Source: a virus (lineage: Duplodnaviria; Heunggongvirae; Uroviricota; Caudoviricetes). From it: a stretch of 11,988 nt of DNA. The notes below the pieces were generated by a model. The model was not told the origin of the DNA. It was given only the letters and a program-made list of their open reading frames with translations, and did not search any database. Below are positions 11,836-11,988 of this stretch, in pieces (position 1 is the first letter of the stretch; each line of letters begins with the position of its first letter). The stretch lies in IMG/VR virus record IMGVR_UViG_2974794945_000001, positions 293,273-305,260 of that record. One strand, given 5' to 3'. The position numbers were made by a program, and so were the translations under genes.

Positions 11836-11988
11836 TTTTCTACCATGAGTGACTGTGTGTGATATCGAAATACCAGAGCTTTAAACATAAACTTAGGGCT
11901 ATCAGTATTTCTCAACTTTGTCTCTTTGGGAAGATTTTACCTCCCCGTCGCATAGTATGTTAGAGGACTGCTAAGAGCAAAGGAGGGA

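Noticed and set aside
11662-11862. Alternative minus-frame ORF overlapping the nrdA start, and extended starts at 9562 (nrdB) and 4810
   Set aside because: They overlap conserved upstream or downstream coding sequence. The shorter starts have better SD or coupling and match the family N-termini.
1-11988. Stop-codon recoding or suppressor tRNA, as in some large phages
   Set aside because: Genes are intact and densely packed under the standard code, and the atypical tRNA has GTA rather than CTA or TCA.
1-11988. CRISPR array, IS element or integrase attachment site
   Set aside because: There are no regularly spaced repeats, transposase or terminal inverted repeats. The only repeats are promoter motifs and the shared D-arm.

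Overview
The window looks like part of a phiKZ-like (Chimalliviridae-type) jumbo phage genome. This assignment is inferred from protein families and promoter motifs, not from a database search. Almost everything is on the minus strand. Reading in the direction of transcription (high to low coordinates): intact class Ia ribonucleotide reductase genes nrdA (9550-11835) and nrdB (8282-9499); a two-domain inner-head-type protein with S/A-N-E protease motifs; a probable ~120-nt promoter-to-terminator small RNA; a phiKZ gp131-like virion protein; DUF1353; a nucleoside 2-deoxyribosyltransferase-like protein; several hypothetical proteins; a dense tRNA/ncRNA cluster (about 1650-2980); a free-standing HNH endonuclease; and a run of small ORFs. 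The tRNA cluster is the most unusual part. It holds tRNAs for His, Asp, Asn and Pro and a structurally atypical Tyr, so all four GUN (queuosine-family) anticodons are present. Interleaved with these are an apparently circularly permuted tRNA-like RNA closed by a perfect 11-bp stem, a second tRNA-like RNA with a near-identical D-arm and an 8-bp anticodon stem, an isolated 5' tRNA half, two compact multi-stem RNAs and a 55-aa Cys-rich ORF. All RNA structures were folded by eye and need computational and experimental confirmation.
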